DNA of 52,469 nt. Source: Chloroflexota bacterium. GTDB taxonomy: Bacteria; Chloroflexota; Limnocylindria; Limnocylindrales; CSP1-4. Shown piece after piece: positions 32,021 through 41,868 of the stretch (its first letter is position 1; each line of letters begins with the position of its first letter). The position numbers were made by a program, and so were the translations under genes. A model generated the notes under the pieces. It saw nothing but the letters and a program-made list of their open reading frames with translations, was not told the DNA's origin and did not search any database. Where the stretch lies: contig PMBR01000131.1 in NCBI GenBank assembly GCA_003152995.1, positions 40,865-93,333 of the forward strand, given 5' to 3'.

Positions 32021-32965
32021 TCACTTCCCCTGAACGAGATCGGGCACCGCAAAGCAGAGTCGATGGCTGAACCCGGCCTGGTCGCCGTAGGCGAGGACGC
32101 CTGTAGACGAGAGGACTACTGGGGAAGCTCCCAACCCGAAGGGAAGGGGCACCCTGACAATGTTGTCCGACCCGCCGACGAGCGCTACTCGGTGGAGCTC
32201 GATGCTGGTTCCGTGATCCTTGAGGTCCGACTCCGGACGATAGATCACAGCCGTGCGGTCTGGGGACATGCCCACGAGTCTTGCGACAACGGGCGATCTT
32301 ACCGTCAGGACATCGACGCCGTGGAGAACCTCGAAGAGCTGCCCGCCCGAATCCGTCTTGCTGGACAAGACGATCCATTGGCCCTGTCCATCGATCCATG
32401 TTTGGAGCACCGGAAGACGCGACGGGACGATCGTCTGCGTCGTCCCCGCCCAATCCATCTTCCGCACCGCCAAAGTCAACGACTGTATGTCGGAAAACGA
32501 GCTCCAGACGAAGCCTTGGGAGGTTGCGACAGCCATGTCAACGGGCTCATCGGGGGCAGAGCCGATGAGCGTAGAGTCGCCTGACGCTGAAAGGCGCCAG
32601 AAGCCGTTCACGTCGTTATGCCTCCCGAACCAGTAGAGCGAACTGCCATCGTAGGCGGGCACGGTCGGACCGAGCGGATAGCCTGGCCGATACTGTTGTC
32701 GCACCGTCGGCGATGGCCAACTCACCAGATCGACGTTTGAGTAGCCGCCTGCGGGTGCAGAGAAATCCATCAACACGGCCAGCGTGGACCCATCGGCGCC
32801 CCAAGAGATCCCCGTCACGCCGGCGGGCAGGGTGACGCAGTCAGGTTGGCTGGAGCCGGACAGCCCGAGCGTAGATGTTGGGCTCGTTGGGCCCGGCTTC
32901 TGCGCAGTACAAGCCGTGGCGATTGACGCCACGACCACTGAGATGACAACTATTCGTCTAATCAT
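32021..32965 (-). CDS. Lipoprotein, beta-propeller-like
   Basis: IATAC lipobox; SWGADGSTLA and MSPDRTAVIY motifs; RBS GGAG. Confidence 0.75.
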   Translation of the reverse strand: MIRRIVVISVVVASIATACTAQKPGPTSPTSTLGLSGSSQPDCVTLPAGVTGISWGADGSTLAVLMDFSAPAGGYSNVDLVSWPSPTVRQQYRPGYPLGPTVPAYDGSSLYWFGRHNDVNGFWRLSASGDSTLIGSAPDEPVDMAVATSQGFVWSSFSDIQSLTLAVRKMDWAGTTQTIVPSRLPVLQTWIDGQGQWIVLSSKTDSGGQLFEVLHGVDVLTVRSPVVARLVGMSPDRTAVIYRPESDLKDHGTSIELHRVALVGGSDNIVRVPLPFGLGASPVVLSSTGVLAYGDQAGFSHRLCFAVPDLVQGK

Positions 32966-32983
32966 TGCTGGGCTCCGCTTTCG

Positions 32984-33683
32984 TCATGCACCGGCAGGGG
33001 ACAGCAGCACGGCTCCTGCGAGCAACGCCGCCAGGGTCAGGTACGGGATCCATCTGGGAGGGTTATTGAGATCGCCTGGGTCGAGTTTCCATGGCGTGTG
33101 GTAGACAATCGTCGTAGACTCATCGACCTTCAGACGGCAACAATCCCGCGTTGTTGCTGTTCAGAACTTGAGTAAGCCCCAACCGCGGTCCCGTTGTCCA
33201 CATTCCGGACGCATTGCCATCCCAGGCTTTGGCCAACCAGGCTTGCTGGCCGGCGATCCCCCACTCCGCATCCGCCGCCCGCATGGCCAGCTCGGCACAC
33301 TGGAACTTCGTACCCCATGTCCCAACCTCGTCACCACCAGGTAGGCCGGCGTTGTACGGCAGGCGGTCACAGCTTCCGTCTCTGAAGTTGCTGTAGACAT
33401 CGTAGGTCGCTCCGTCCTGGCTGATGTTCCAGAGCTGGCCCGCCCAGTCGGACGCCGGAACGATGATCGCCCCATATCTGGTGCCGCATGAGTAATCGGG
33501 ATTCGAAGCTGCGACCGGGACCGGGCCACTGAGACTTAGCCCCCCTGCGACGAGAAGCCCAGCCGGCAGCAGCAACCAAGCCGGTCGCGACCATGTCGGT
33601 CTCTGTACAGGGTGGACTCGCACCCGCGAAAACGGACGTAGACCGGCCGCCGCCAGTGCTACAGCCCGACTCCTCACGGACAC
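32984..33683 (-). pseudogene. Internally deleted secreted CHAP-domain gene
   Basis: Signal peptide, KFQCAELAMR and GNASGMW; stops at PSEG before the catalytic His; an out-of-frame tail ..WIPYLTLAALLAGAVLLSPAGA* follows. Confidence 0.6.
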
Positions 33684-33967
33684 CGCACGCCCTCCTCTTC
33701 GCGTCGCAGCCAGCTGGCTACCACCGCTGGGACTTCTCCGTTGCCGCGAGGATAGCCGTTGTTTGCAGCGGGCTGACAGTGCCGAACGTACCGACGGGGT
33801 TCGCCTGCCCTGATCCCAAACCGCATGACATGCTCTGGGAGTTCACGGCAGAGCAGAGCCGCACCACAGTCCAAACACGATCGCAGGATCGTGATCACCG
33901 GCCAGGCCGCCCTGGGGCAAAGCGCGACATTGTCGTACCTGCCCGGAGCGCTTCGCCGCGAGCTTCC

Positions 33968-34324
33968 CTACTGGATCGGCTGCTGACGCAGCTGGGCGAG
34001 AAGCTGGTTCACGGCGTTGCGGCACCCCATTCTTGGATGAACGCCCACGAAATGGCCCGATTCAAGCGACAGTTCCGCTGGGATGACAAAGGGGATTCGG
34101 TTGAACCACGCTGTGTAGATCCAGGTTTCAATGCGAACGTTCGGTCCGAGCTGGCGGACCACACAACACCAGGCGCCCCCCATTGCCCGTGAGCGTCGGT
34201 AATGCCTGCTCCCATCCGGCTCGACGAACACAAGGCTAAAGGCGTTCGCGAAAGCCCACGCGTCGGCCAGAGGAGCGACAACGAACGGGATCTGGAAATC
34301 TCGAACAGTCCGGCTATTCGCCAT
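33968..34324 (-). CDS. Hypothetical protein
   Basis: RBS GGAGGG; 118 aa, globular composition. Confidence 0.7.
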   Translation of the reverse strand: MANSRTVRDFQIPFVVAPLADAWAFANAFSLVFVEPDGSRHYRRSRAMGGAWCCVVRQLGPNVRIETWIYTAWFNRIPFVIPAELSLESGHFVGVHPRMGCRNAVNQLLAQLRQQPIQ

Positions 34325-34405
34325 CGAATCCGTTTCCCTCCGTGCTATCCGGAAGAGTCGTTCATGGGTCTATGCGTTCTGGCTCCCGACGATCTGCTCA
34401 TCGTG

Positions 34406-37400
34406 CTACCCCTCGTTTAGGTCCTCGTCCTCCACCGCGTCTTCAGATGCCGACGATCGAAGGTGGCCGATGAGCATGCGCATGTCGGCAAGCTCCGTCG
34501 ATGACAGACCCCAGTACGTCCCAGCCGCATTGTCGATGTCGGTAACCGCGCTGGCCAGAGCGACCGGATCAGCGGACCCAACAGCAAGATGGGCTTGCCT
34601 TGAACCGTCTGCCAAGGCGCGGTGCGCCGCATCGTTTGGGCGGAACTTGCTAATCCGGATTCGTTCAAAGAAGCCGCCGCTCCCGAAGCTCTTGCCGCCC
34701 CGGACGCTGCTGTAGGTTGCCAAGTAGTTGAGAGGGCTACTGTTCAGCAGGGCGCACAGGTAATGCGCTTCATCGGGCGTCTCCGTCGGGGCGAAGATGA
34801 CCGTGTTCTTCACCTGAGGTGGGCGCTTGCCCAGGAGCGGGTCGTCGACTGTCTCGACGACGGCGGCCCTGAACCCGCTCCCCATCGTCGCCCAGACGAC
34901 CCGGGCTGGCGCGAGGTTGTCGTTTCCGAAGTTGAAGACGGAGTAGAACGCATCAGAAGTCCGGCCCTTCTTCCGAGCGAAGTACCGCCGGAAGCCGCTG
35001 CGTTTCTCCAAGTCGGCGCGGAACTGGGACAGATAGTCGTACGTCCGCGGGTGAGTGACCTTCAACATCGACTCGGTGTAGCCGCGCCTCGTGACCGGGT
35101 CCTGTGGCACGAGGATGTGAGCACGGGGCGTCGCCGAAAACGGCTTGACGTCCCGCCAATCGATGAATGGGAAGATGAAGTCAGGCTCGATAGCCATCGG
35201 TCGCTCGGGCGGATGCTTCCCTTTCGCACGTGCCGCATCGTTGACGAAGGTGATCCGGCCGTCAGCAAGCCTCGGGCCGATGAAGCCGTAGTAGATGCCA
35301 TCGGCCCACGTTGTGATTCCCGCACGCGGCTCATACGGGCTCTTGCCCGTCATCCTCTGAGCGCCGGCTATCGACTCGACGGTCCCGATGACCCATGGCG
35401 AAGTCGGGTCTTTCGAATTACACGGCGCGGCCAGAAGCTCGTGCTGATGGGATGCCGCCAACGCGTCGGCCAGTTCAGCGTCTCGGGGGATAGCCCCGCC
35501 CCGGCGGGTCCAGAGCGTGTACGGGATCGGGTACTTTGGGGTGTGGCCGCGTTCCCCGATGAGTAGCCCACTCCAGTTGGACGCCCCTTCAAAGGGCTGA
35601 ATGGCAACCAGATCTGCAGCGGCAGTGGGACCGATTGGCGTTGTGTCGCTGAGCATGAAACGACGGAAGCCATCCGCGGCCGGGGAGTTCTGGAAGGTGG
35701 TCTGAGGGAATAGAAACGCGATGGTGCCGCCGTCCGCGAGGTAGTAATCGGCGCAGCAGTACCAGAAGAGCATCGCGATGTCCCGCTTCGAACCGCCCAG
35801 GATGGTATTGAAGCCGGTCAGTGTGAACAGGCCGTGGATCTCCCACAGCCGACGGGTCACCTTCCGATACTCATCGGAAACGGACTCCCAGTTGACCCAT
35901 GGCGGGTTACCGACGACGTAGTCGAATCTCCCGACGAGGGCTGGGGCGAAGGCGTTGCGAAGCAGGCGAGCCCAGATCTGGTTCTTGCCCTGCTCGTCCA
36001 GCTTCTGGACCTTGCGGAACAGCTGTTCGAGAAGACGGCGGGTGGAGGCGCTTGCCGTCTGTCGTCGACGCTCAACGCGTGCCACGAACTCAGCCGGCTC
36101 GATCTTCGATGCGATGCCCAGCTCCAGCTCCTCGGTCACCAGGCGCAGGCCCTCGGCGTCGGCGAGGTCGATGGGGTACTTGAAGTCGCCCTCCGAGCTT
36201 CCCCGGACAAGGTGGTCGCTCGTCGCCGTGGTGATCGAACTTGCGACGAGTCGACTGTACGGGAGCGGAGCGAGCAGCGAATCGGCGATGAAGACAGGCA
36301 GACTCAGCGGCGTCGCCTTCCTCAGAAGGGGCCCCAGGGCTAGCAGGTAGTTGGTCCGGGCGGCGAGGACTGCGACAGGGTTCAGGTCGAAGCCGACGAC
36401 GTTTCTCAGGATGGCCCTGGCGGTTTCCTCGTCGGTCGCGAGGTTTGCGACCGCGCGCTTGCGAATTCGGGTGATCGCCCGCACTAAGAACGTGCCGCTA
36501 CCGCAGGCTGGATCGAGGAACCGCGCAGTGAGGTCGCCGTCATACCCGGCCTGGTCCAGCGTGTAGTCGGCGAGCCAATCTGGCGTGTAGTACTCGCCCA
36601 GGTCGTGGCGGACTTTCTTGGGAACGAGGTACTGGTAGAGCTCCTTGAGGAGATCGCGAACGGACTCAGGGTCCAGAGTGCTCGTGGCCGGCTCGAATTG
36701 CGTGAGTCCCTCGGCCAGGCGCTGCACGAGCTCCGCGGTGTTGGAGTCCCAGGTTTCCAGGTACCACCCGAAGTAGTCCGCTTCCAGGAAGTTCTCAATC
36801 CCGTGGGCGGCGAACAGCCGGCCTGCCTCGAGGTCGGCAAGGATTCGAGCGCGATCTGAGGGCCCGGCGTTGGCGATCTTGGAGGCCTCAGATGAAATCA
36901 GTGATCCCGCCTGGAGCGACAACACTTCGACTGCAAGCAGCTTCATGAGCAGGGCGTAGTACGTCTGCACCGTGAACAGGAGCCTCGGCAGGCCCGTACT
37001 TGGTGGAACGCCGTACAGCTTTGCCAGGAGCCCCGCATCCCGACGTGCTTTGGTGGTGTCCTGCTCATACACCGCGCCGAAGGAGCGTATCCACTCGGCG
37101 TAGAGCAGCTGGGCCTTCGGTGGAGCCGCTGGGTCTGCGAGACGAGAAAGTAGGTGGGTGACGAAGTCACAGGCCAGCGGTGAGCCAGCCGCTTCGGGAC
37201 CAAACGCGTCGGCTAGGGATCGTCCGTCAAGTCGTTTCCTCCCGAGCGCCCGTAGGTACAGCAGGAGTTGGCTGACCGAGCCCGTGTTCAGTGGATATGG
37301 CCCCTCCAGCGGAATCAGGACTTCGAGTTGGCCCAGGAGTGGGCCCGCTCCCAAGGGTCCAGTGGCCCGCAGGAAACCGATCTGCCGTCCGTCGAAGACG

Positions 37401-37759
37401 ATGCCCGCGTGACGCCGCAGAGCGTCAAGCTCGTGGGGCCTCGAGACAGAGGCCGACAGCAGCATGTACTCCCGGGCCTGCTTGGCCGCGTGGGCAAGGC
37501 CGCCGGCGGTAGATAGGCCGCCTGGCGGCTCGTACTCAATCACTAGGGCGCCGTACATCGTGTCAGCTCGGCCTCGGAGCGTAACAACGCTGTTCCTGGC
37601 GTCTAGGGTCTTCTCTCGTTCCGGGTCGGTCGCTACTCCCAGGCCAACACGAGCCATGTCGATAAGGGGCTCGATCCGGATGCGGAGATCGGTTTCATTG
37701 GCTGAAGCGGCCGCTTGGGCCTGCAGGTCAGCAGTTAGTGCCGCGATGTCGACCGACAT
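34406..37759 (-). CDS. Type IIG (Eco57I-like) restriction-modification / N6-adenine methyltransferase fusion
   Basis: N-terminal GRADTMYG..IEYE nuclease-like motif; LGEYYTP; FLDPACGSGTF; VGNPPW; C-terminal TRD (YLCALLNS). Confidence 0.9.
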   Translation of the reverse strand: MSVDIAALTADLQAQAAASANETDLRIRIEPLIDMARVGLGVATDPEREKTLDARNSVVTLRGRADTMYGALVIEYEPPGGLSTAGGLAHAAKQAREYMLLSASVSRPHELDALRRHAGIVFDGRQIGFLRATGPLGAGPLLGQLEVLIPLEGPYPLNTGSVSQLLLYLRALGRKRLDGRSLADAFGPEAAGSPLACDFVTHLLSRLADPAAPPKAQLLYAEWIRSFGAVYEQDTTKARRDAGLLAKLYGVPPSTGLPRLLFTVQTYYALLMKLLAVEVLSLQAGSLISSEASKIANAGPSDRARILADLEAGRLFAAHGIENFLEADYFGWYLETWDSNTAELVQRLAEGLTQFEPATSTLDPESVRDLLKELYQYLVPKKVRHDLGEYYTPDWLADYTLDQAGYDGDLTARFLDPACGSGTFLVRAITRIRKRAVANLATDEETARAILRNVVGFDLNPVAVLAARTNYLLALGPLLRKATPLSLPVFIADSLLAPLPYSRLVASSITTATSDHLVRGSSEGDFKYPIDLADAEGLRLVTEELELGIASKIEPAEFVARVERRRQTASASTRRLLEQLFRKVQKLDEQGKNQIWARLLRNAFAPALVGRFDYVVGNPPWVNWESVSDEYRKVTRRLWEIHGLFTLTGFNTILGGSKRDIAMLFWYCCADYYLADGGTIAFLFPQTTFQNSPAADGFRRFMLSDTTPIGPTAAADLVAIQPFEGASNWSGLLIGERGHTPKYPIPYTLWTRRGGAIPRDAELADALAASHQHELLAAPCNSKDPTSPWVIGTVESIAGAQRMTGKSPYEPRAGITTWADGIYYGFIGPRLADGRITFVNDAARAKGKHPPERPMAIEPDFIFPFIDWRDVKPFSATPRAHILVPQDPVTRRGYTESMLKVTHPRTYDYLSQFRADLEKRSGFRRYFARKKGRTSDAFYSVFNFGNDNLAPARVVWATMGSGFRAAVVETVDDPLLGKRPPQVKNTVIFAPTETPDEAHYLCALLNSSPLNYLATYSSVRGGKSFGSGGFFERIRISKFRPNDAAHRALADGSRQAHLAVGSADPVALASAVTDIDNAAGTYWGLSSTELADMRMLIGHLRSSASEDAVEDEDLNEG

Positions 37760-38066
37760 CTGGCTTCCCCCTTGGGTAGTGTCTTGCGGTGAGCGGCCTA
37801 CCACGTCTCTTGCCGCTGTCACGAGACTAGATCAAGGCGGAGTTCCACGTATGCCATGATTGCTAGGGTCGCCTCGCCAGCATTCACGATGCGAACATCG
37901 TGGTGCAATATGGCCAGTGGGGCGACGGCCGTCACGCGCCAATGTCTAGATAATCCCTCGCCCGGCGCTGCTACTCGCTCGCTTGCAACCGTGTCGCGCA
38001 GGTGCCACCCTCGCCCGTGTCGGAGGGCATAGAGTCCGCCCGCTGGCACCCAAGGAGGCGGCAAAG

Positions 38067-38405
38067 ATGAACCAACAGTCGAAGGAATGGGTCAAGGTTT
38101 GGGAGGAACTCGTGCTTCCCGATTACCACGAGCACCCTGAGCGGGGCTTGGAGGCGCGGCTGCCCCAGGAGGATCGTGAGCTGGCGGCCGATCTCGTTGG
38201 GCTAGCGCGCCGCGGCTTTCCCGAGGCGATGTTGACGGTGGAACTCATGGACGGAGGGGACGAGGCCGCGGTGTTTGTATTGTTCGCGGCCTCGCTCTCG
38301 GGGACCTTCACAACCAGCGACCCGCCCGGCCTCGTGGTTGTGGACTTCAGTTTCCGTTCGGCGGTCGACCGGCTGAGGACGATGCTGGAGGCTCGACAGA
38401 ACTAG
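38067..38405 (+). CDS. Hypothetical protein
   Basis: Strong RBS AAGGAGG then ATG 38067. Confidence 0.7.
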   Translation: MNQQSKEWVKVWEELVLPDYHEHPERGLEARLPQEDRELAADLVGLARRGFPEAMLTVELMDGGDEAAVFVLFAASLSGTFTTSDPPGLVVVDFSFRSAVDRLRTMLEARQN

Positions 38406-38967
38406 CCGACGACGCGGGCCGCTCGAACTGGCCAGCATTAGGCCCGGGCCACTATCCTCGTATTCGTTTAGAACATGCGCCGAGGCGGATGTCGATGGCT
38501 GACCAACCAGCACGCAGACCGCCCCGGAACCGAGCGCTGAGGCCACCACGATCGAAGTGCCGAAGGCCACCTCGGACGCCCAGCTTGTGGTCCTGGCGAT
38601 CAAGGAAGCGGTAACAGGTCTGGGTTCCCAGGTCCGAGACATGGGCCAGATCGCCGTGGCTTCCTCGGCCGAGCTCTCGGGCCGTGCGCGCCGCCTCGAA
38701 GTCCTTGCGGATCTGCTCCAGCCTTCTCTTCTCCCGATTCAGACCTGCCGGGTGATACGTCGGCACGACCGCTGCTTGGCCAATCCTGGACCGGGCGTCC
38801 AGGCGACTCATCAGGCTCCCCGGTCCGAGCAAGTGGCGGGTCGCGGTAGAGCGAGGATCGCTCTGGGCTTCACGAGGGCGATCTGATCCCCGAGGAACGT
38901 CGAGCAACACTTGTTCTCGTTTCGGGCTGGCGGTCGATTGCCCGGCGGCCGACACATGACCACGTTC

Positions 38968-39077
38968 GCAAGCCACGAGCACCGGCGAAGCCGAGGTCCA
39001 TGACCGCCCAGGCGAGGGTGAGACAGCTCGTCTCGCCGGGGAACCGGCCGATCACCTTGGTCCGCCGCCGGACCTTC
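38968..39077 (-). pseudogene. IS256-family transposase C-terminal remnant
   Basis: VRRRTKVIGRFPGETSCLTLAWAVMDL matches the IS256 terminal motif. Confidence 0.75.
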
Positions 39078-39209
39078 GGACGGCGATCGTGACGAGCGGC
39101 CGTTACAGGTTGTGTGGCATCGCACGAAGTCGGCGGATTGGCCCAACGGCACGCCGAGGCTGCGCGTAGACTCCCGTCGTTCACGGCTGCACGCGCGGGG
39201 GTAACAGGG

Positions 39210-40037
39210 GTGTCATCAAGCGAAGGGCCCGAAGAGCCGGTGGCAGCCAGGAGGGCGTTTAGGCTTCCTGGCCTGGGCATAGAGAAGCTGGTGCGCTGGC
39301 GGCCTCGCTGGCATCCTCCGCTTTGGCTCAGTCTGCTGGCCTTCGCGATCGTTGTGATCCCTGTCGGGGACCTAGCCGAGCATCTCGATTGGCCGAGTGC
39401 AGGTTTCTGGGCGTGGGGCAGCGAGATCTTGATCCTTCTTGCCGCCGTGGTTAACGGGGGGTCGGCCGTGTGGATCTATCGAGCGGAGCAGCGAAACGCC
39501 GCTCTCGAGAGCACGAAGCTCCTTGAGCAGGCAGCCTTGCTGCTGCTCATTGGCGTCAATGACAAGACCGGCCTGCTCATGAAGACGCTGAGCTGCTCGG
39601 TCTGGGCCGTACCAGGGGAAGACGAGGAGCAGCACCTCAAGCGGGTGATGCACGTCCCCGAGCCGGCGACCGGACCGTCCGGGATCACGTTCGAAAGAGG
39701 CGTAGGTGTCGTCGGAAAGTGCTGGCTCGAAGGAGAGCCCTTCGTCGCCTCGCTTGCACATCTGCAGCCCATGGGAAAGGAGCCATTTGAGCAATTAAGT
39801 GGAGATCGGCGCTATAATCTCGGCTGGGAGGCCTTTTGCAAGACCCGGCGATATGCAGCGATTGCGACGTGGCCCCTAACCGAAGGTGGTCGGCTGGTGG
39901 GGTTCGTCTGTGTCGATAGCACTGACCCGGCTCTGTACGGATTCAGCGAAGCCATAGACGCTTCATGGAGTATTGCCCAAGGAATCGGCAGAGTAAGAGA
40001 GCGATTCCAGCAGTGCGCGGAGGGAAACCGGCGATGA
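39210..40037 (+). CDS. 2-TM protein with C-terminal GAF-like domain
   Basis: Two hydrophobic segments; FERGVGVVGKCW..AIATWPL..LVGFVCVDS. Confidence 0.7.
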   Translation: MSSSEGPEEPVAARRAFRLPGLGIEKLVRWRPRWHPPLWLSLLAFAIVVIPVGDLAEHLDWPSAGFWAWGSEILILLAAVVNGGSAVWIYRAEQRNAALESTKLLEQAALLLLIGVNDKTGLLMKTLSCSVWAVPGEDEEQHLKRVMHVPEPATGPSGITFERGVGVVGKCWLEGEPFVASLAHLQPMGKEPFEQLSGDRRYNLGWEAFCKTRRYAAIATWPLTEGGRLVGFVCVDSTDPALYGFSEAIDASWSIAQGIGRVRERFQQCAEGNRR

Positions 40038-40252
40038 ACGTGCCAGATCAAGGTAACAAGCAGTCCGCGACTCACGTCTACTACCTCCGCCGTGACTTCG
40101 AGGAGCGGGGGGAGCCGATTGAGGAATCGATCGACCTCCTTGAGGATCTCAACGCACCGCCGACTCTGATCGAGGTCACTCGGGACGCAGTCCGGGAGCG
40201 CCGGGGTTCCGGAGCGACCGAGCCGGCGGCGACACCGGACGGCCACCTTTGA
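40034..40252 (+). CDS. Small protein coupled to the 2TM-GAF gene
   Basis: ATGA overlap at 40034-40037; MNVPDQGNKQ... Confidence 0.6.
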   Translation: MNVPDQGNKQSATHVYYLRRDFEERGEPIEESIDLLEDLNAPPTLIEVTRDAVRERRGSGATEPAATPDGHL

Positions 40253-40441
40253 CGGAGAACGGGTTCTACTGTCGGGACGATTCGATATTGGGGGCGTTTT
40301 CGCCTATCAAGATCCATTGATCCGTGGCAGACTGCTAACCGTAGAATAGGTGCGGGATCGCAACGGATTGGGACCATGGTCCCATTGTTGATTGAGCCTA
40401 CAGAGCAGATAACCCTGTAGCGCATTGAAGGAGCATTTGGG

Positions 40442-40672
40442 ATGTCGGTTCTTGTGGCGAGGCGGCGGCCGGAGGGGCATGAGACCGAGGAGCTTGATCC
40501 TCAGGTCATGCACGAGCTGCTTCGCTACCCGGGCCAGTGGGCGGCGGTGCAGGGACTGCGAGTTCTGGCAGTGGATCCAGACCCGTCCGTGGCGCTGCGG
40601 ATTGCCCGCAAGAAGCACGTCACAGAGCCGCTCCTCTTCCGGATCCCCGACTCGTCCGTCTGCCTCTACTGA
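40442..40672 (+). CDS. DUF5678-like small protein
   Basis: LRYPGQWAAVQGLRVLA..PLLFRIP; RBS AAGGAG. Confidence 0.75.
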   Translation: MSVLVARRRPEGHETEELDPQVMHELLRYPGQWAAVQGLRVLAVDPDPSVALRIARKKHVTEPLLFRIPDSSVCLY

Positions 40673-40684
40673 GGCGGGACGGGG

Positions 40685-41215
40685 GTGGTACGCGAGCTGG
40701 CTGTGCCCGTCTATGACAAGCAGAGGAGACTTCTCGGGTATACGCCGCGCGTGGGGGTCGCTTTCAGCCTCAACGGAGGCGAGCCGATAAGGCGCTTGGC
40801 GATCTTCGATTCCGGCGCTGATGACACGACCATACCGGCGGAGGTCGCAAGGGACCTAGGCCACCCCTTCGAGGACCTTCCGTTCGTCCACAAAGCCACC
40901 GGAGTCGGCAGCAGCTTCGACTGCCATTGTCTTCAGGGTCTGACGATCGGATACCACGATTGGGCAGTCGTTGGTGATGTCCTCGTGGCTGAGCCGGGGG
41001 TACTCGACGTCACCCTGCTTGGAAGGGCCGACTTCTTCTCGCACTTCAGCGTCCAGTTCTGCTGGTACGCGAAGCCGCCCGAGTACTACGTATTGCCCGC
41101 GGACGGAGCCGCCCCGCCCCCAGTCACGGGAGAGTATCCGGGCAATATCGACCCTCCGGGCCCAACGGCCACACCGTCAGTGCCGCCGATCATCGTCGCA
41201 GGCCCCACGGGCTAG
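40685..41215 (+). CDS. Retropepsin-like aspartic protease
   Basis: AIFDSGADDTTIP, ATGVG flap, LLGRADFF..FSVQF. Confidence 0.85.
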   Translation: MVRELAVPVYDKQRRLLGYTPRVGVAFSLNGGEPIRRLAIFDSGADDTTIPAEVARDLGHPFEDLPFVHKATGVGSSFDCHCLQGLTIGYHDWAVVGDVLVAEPGVLDVTLLGRADFFSHFSVQFCWYAKPPEYYVLPADGAAPPPVTGEYPGNIDPPGPTATPSVPPIIVAGPTG

Positions 41216-41493
41216 ACCCGGCCGCTCGACCTAACTGCGACTGCCGCCGTCAATGTGCGCGGGGAGAGGCGCCAGGCGGCGACCGGCAACGGCATCTCCG
41301 CTCACTCCCTTCCGCTACCGCGGCCGCCATCGCAAGCGGCTCCGCGAGCGGCATCTATCACGTCGGCGACGAGAGCAGGGTGACGCTGCCGGAGACGCTC
41401 GATCTGGCCTGCGATCAGTCGGGGTGCCCGCGGCCCTGGAGGATGACGCTGCCGGTCATCTACGGTGTGGCCCGGGCACGCCCGGGCGTGCCC

Positions 41494-41648
41494 GGCTGTG
41501 GTCCAAGCTGACCGGCTCAACCTCGCCCCTCACTCGCGACTTCCTCGACATCGGTCGGGTTTCCTACTACAGCGACACGACGCGGATGCGCGCCGAACTC
41601 CTCCCGGTACTCCACTACCCCACGATACGCGAGGGGCGTCAGCCGTAG
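41494..41648 (+). pseudogene. Gene remnant, possibly an NAD-dependent epimerase C-terminus
   Basis: ..DFLDIGRVSYYSDTTRMRAELLPVLHYPTIREG; upstream frame broken. Confidence 0.35.
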
Positions 41649-41868
41649 CAGTGGCGGAGGCGCCGTATGGGCGGCGACCTATGTAGGCTCGGCAGCACAT
41701 TGCTCACACGTCCCTAGCCCTACTTCGCGCAGGGTGTTGTTGCTAGAGCGTCTCAAGCCCGTCGGCCGATCCGGATCTGGGGCCCAGCGCCATTTGGTCA
41801 TAGCGTTGCTATCCGAGCGCGCCTGAGTGATGGATGTGGGCGTCCATCCCGCACCCGAGGCGCCCACG

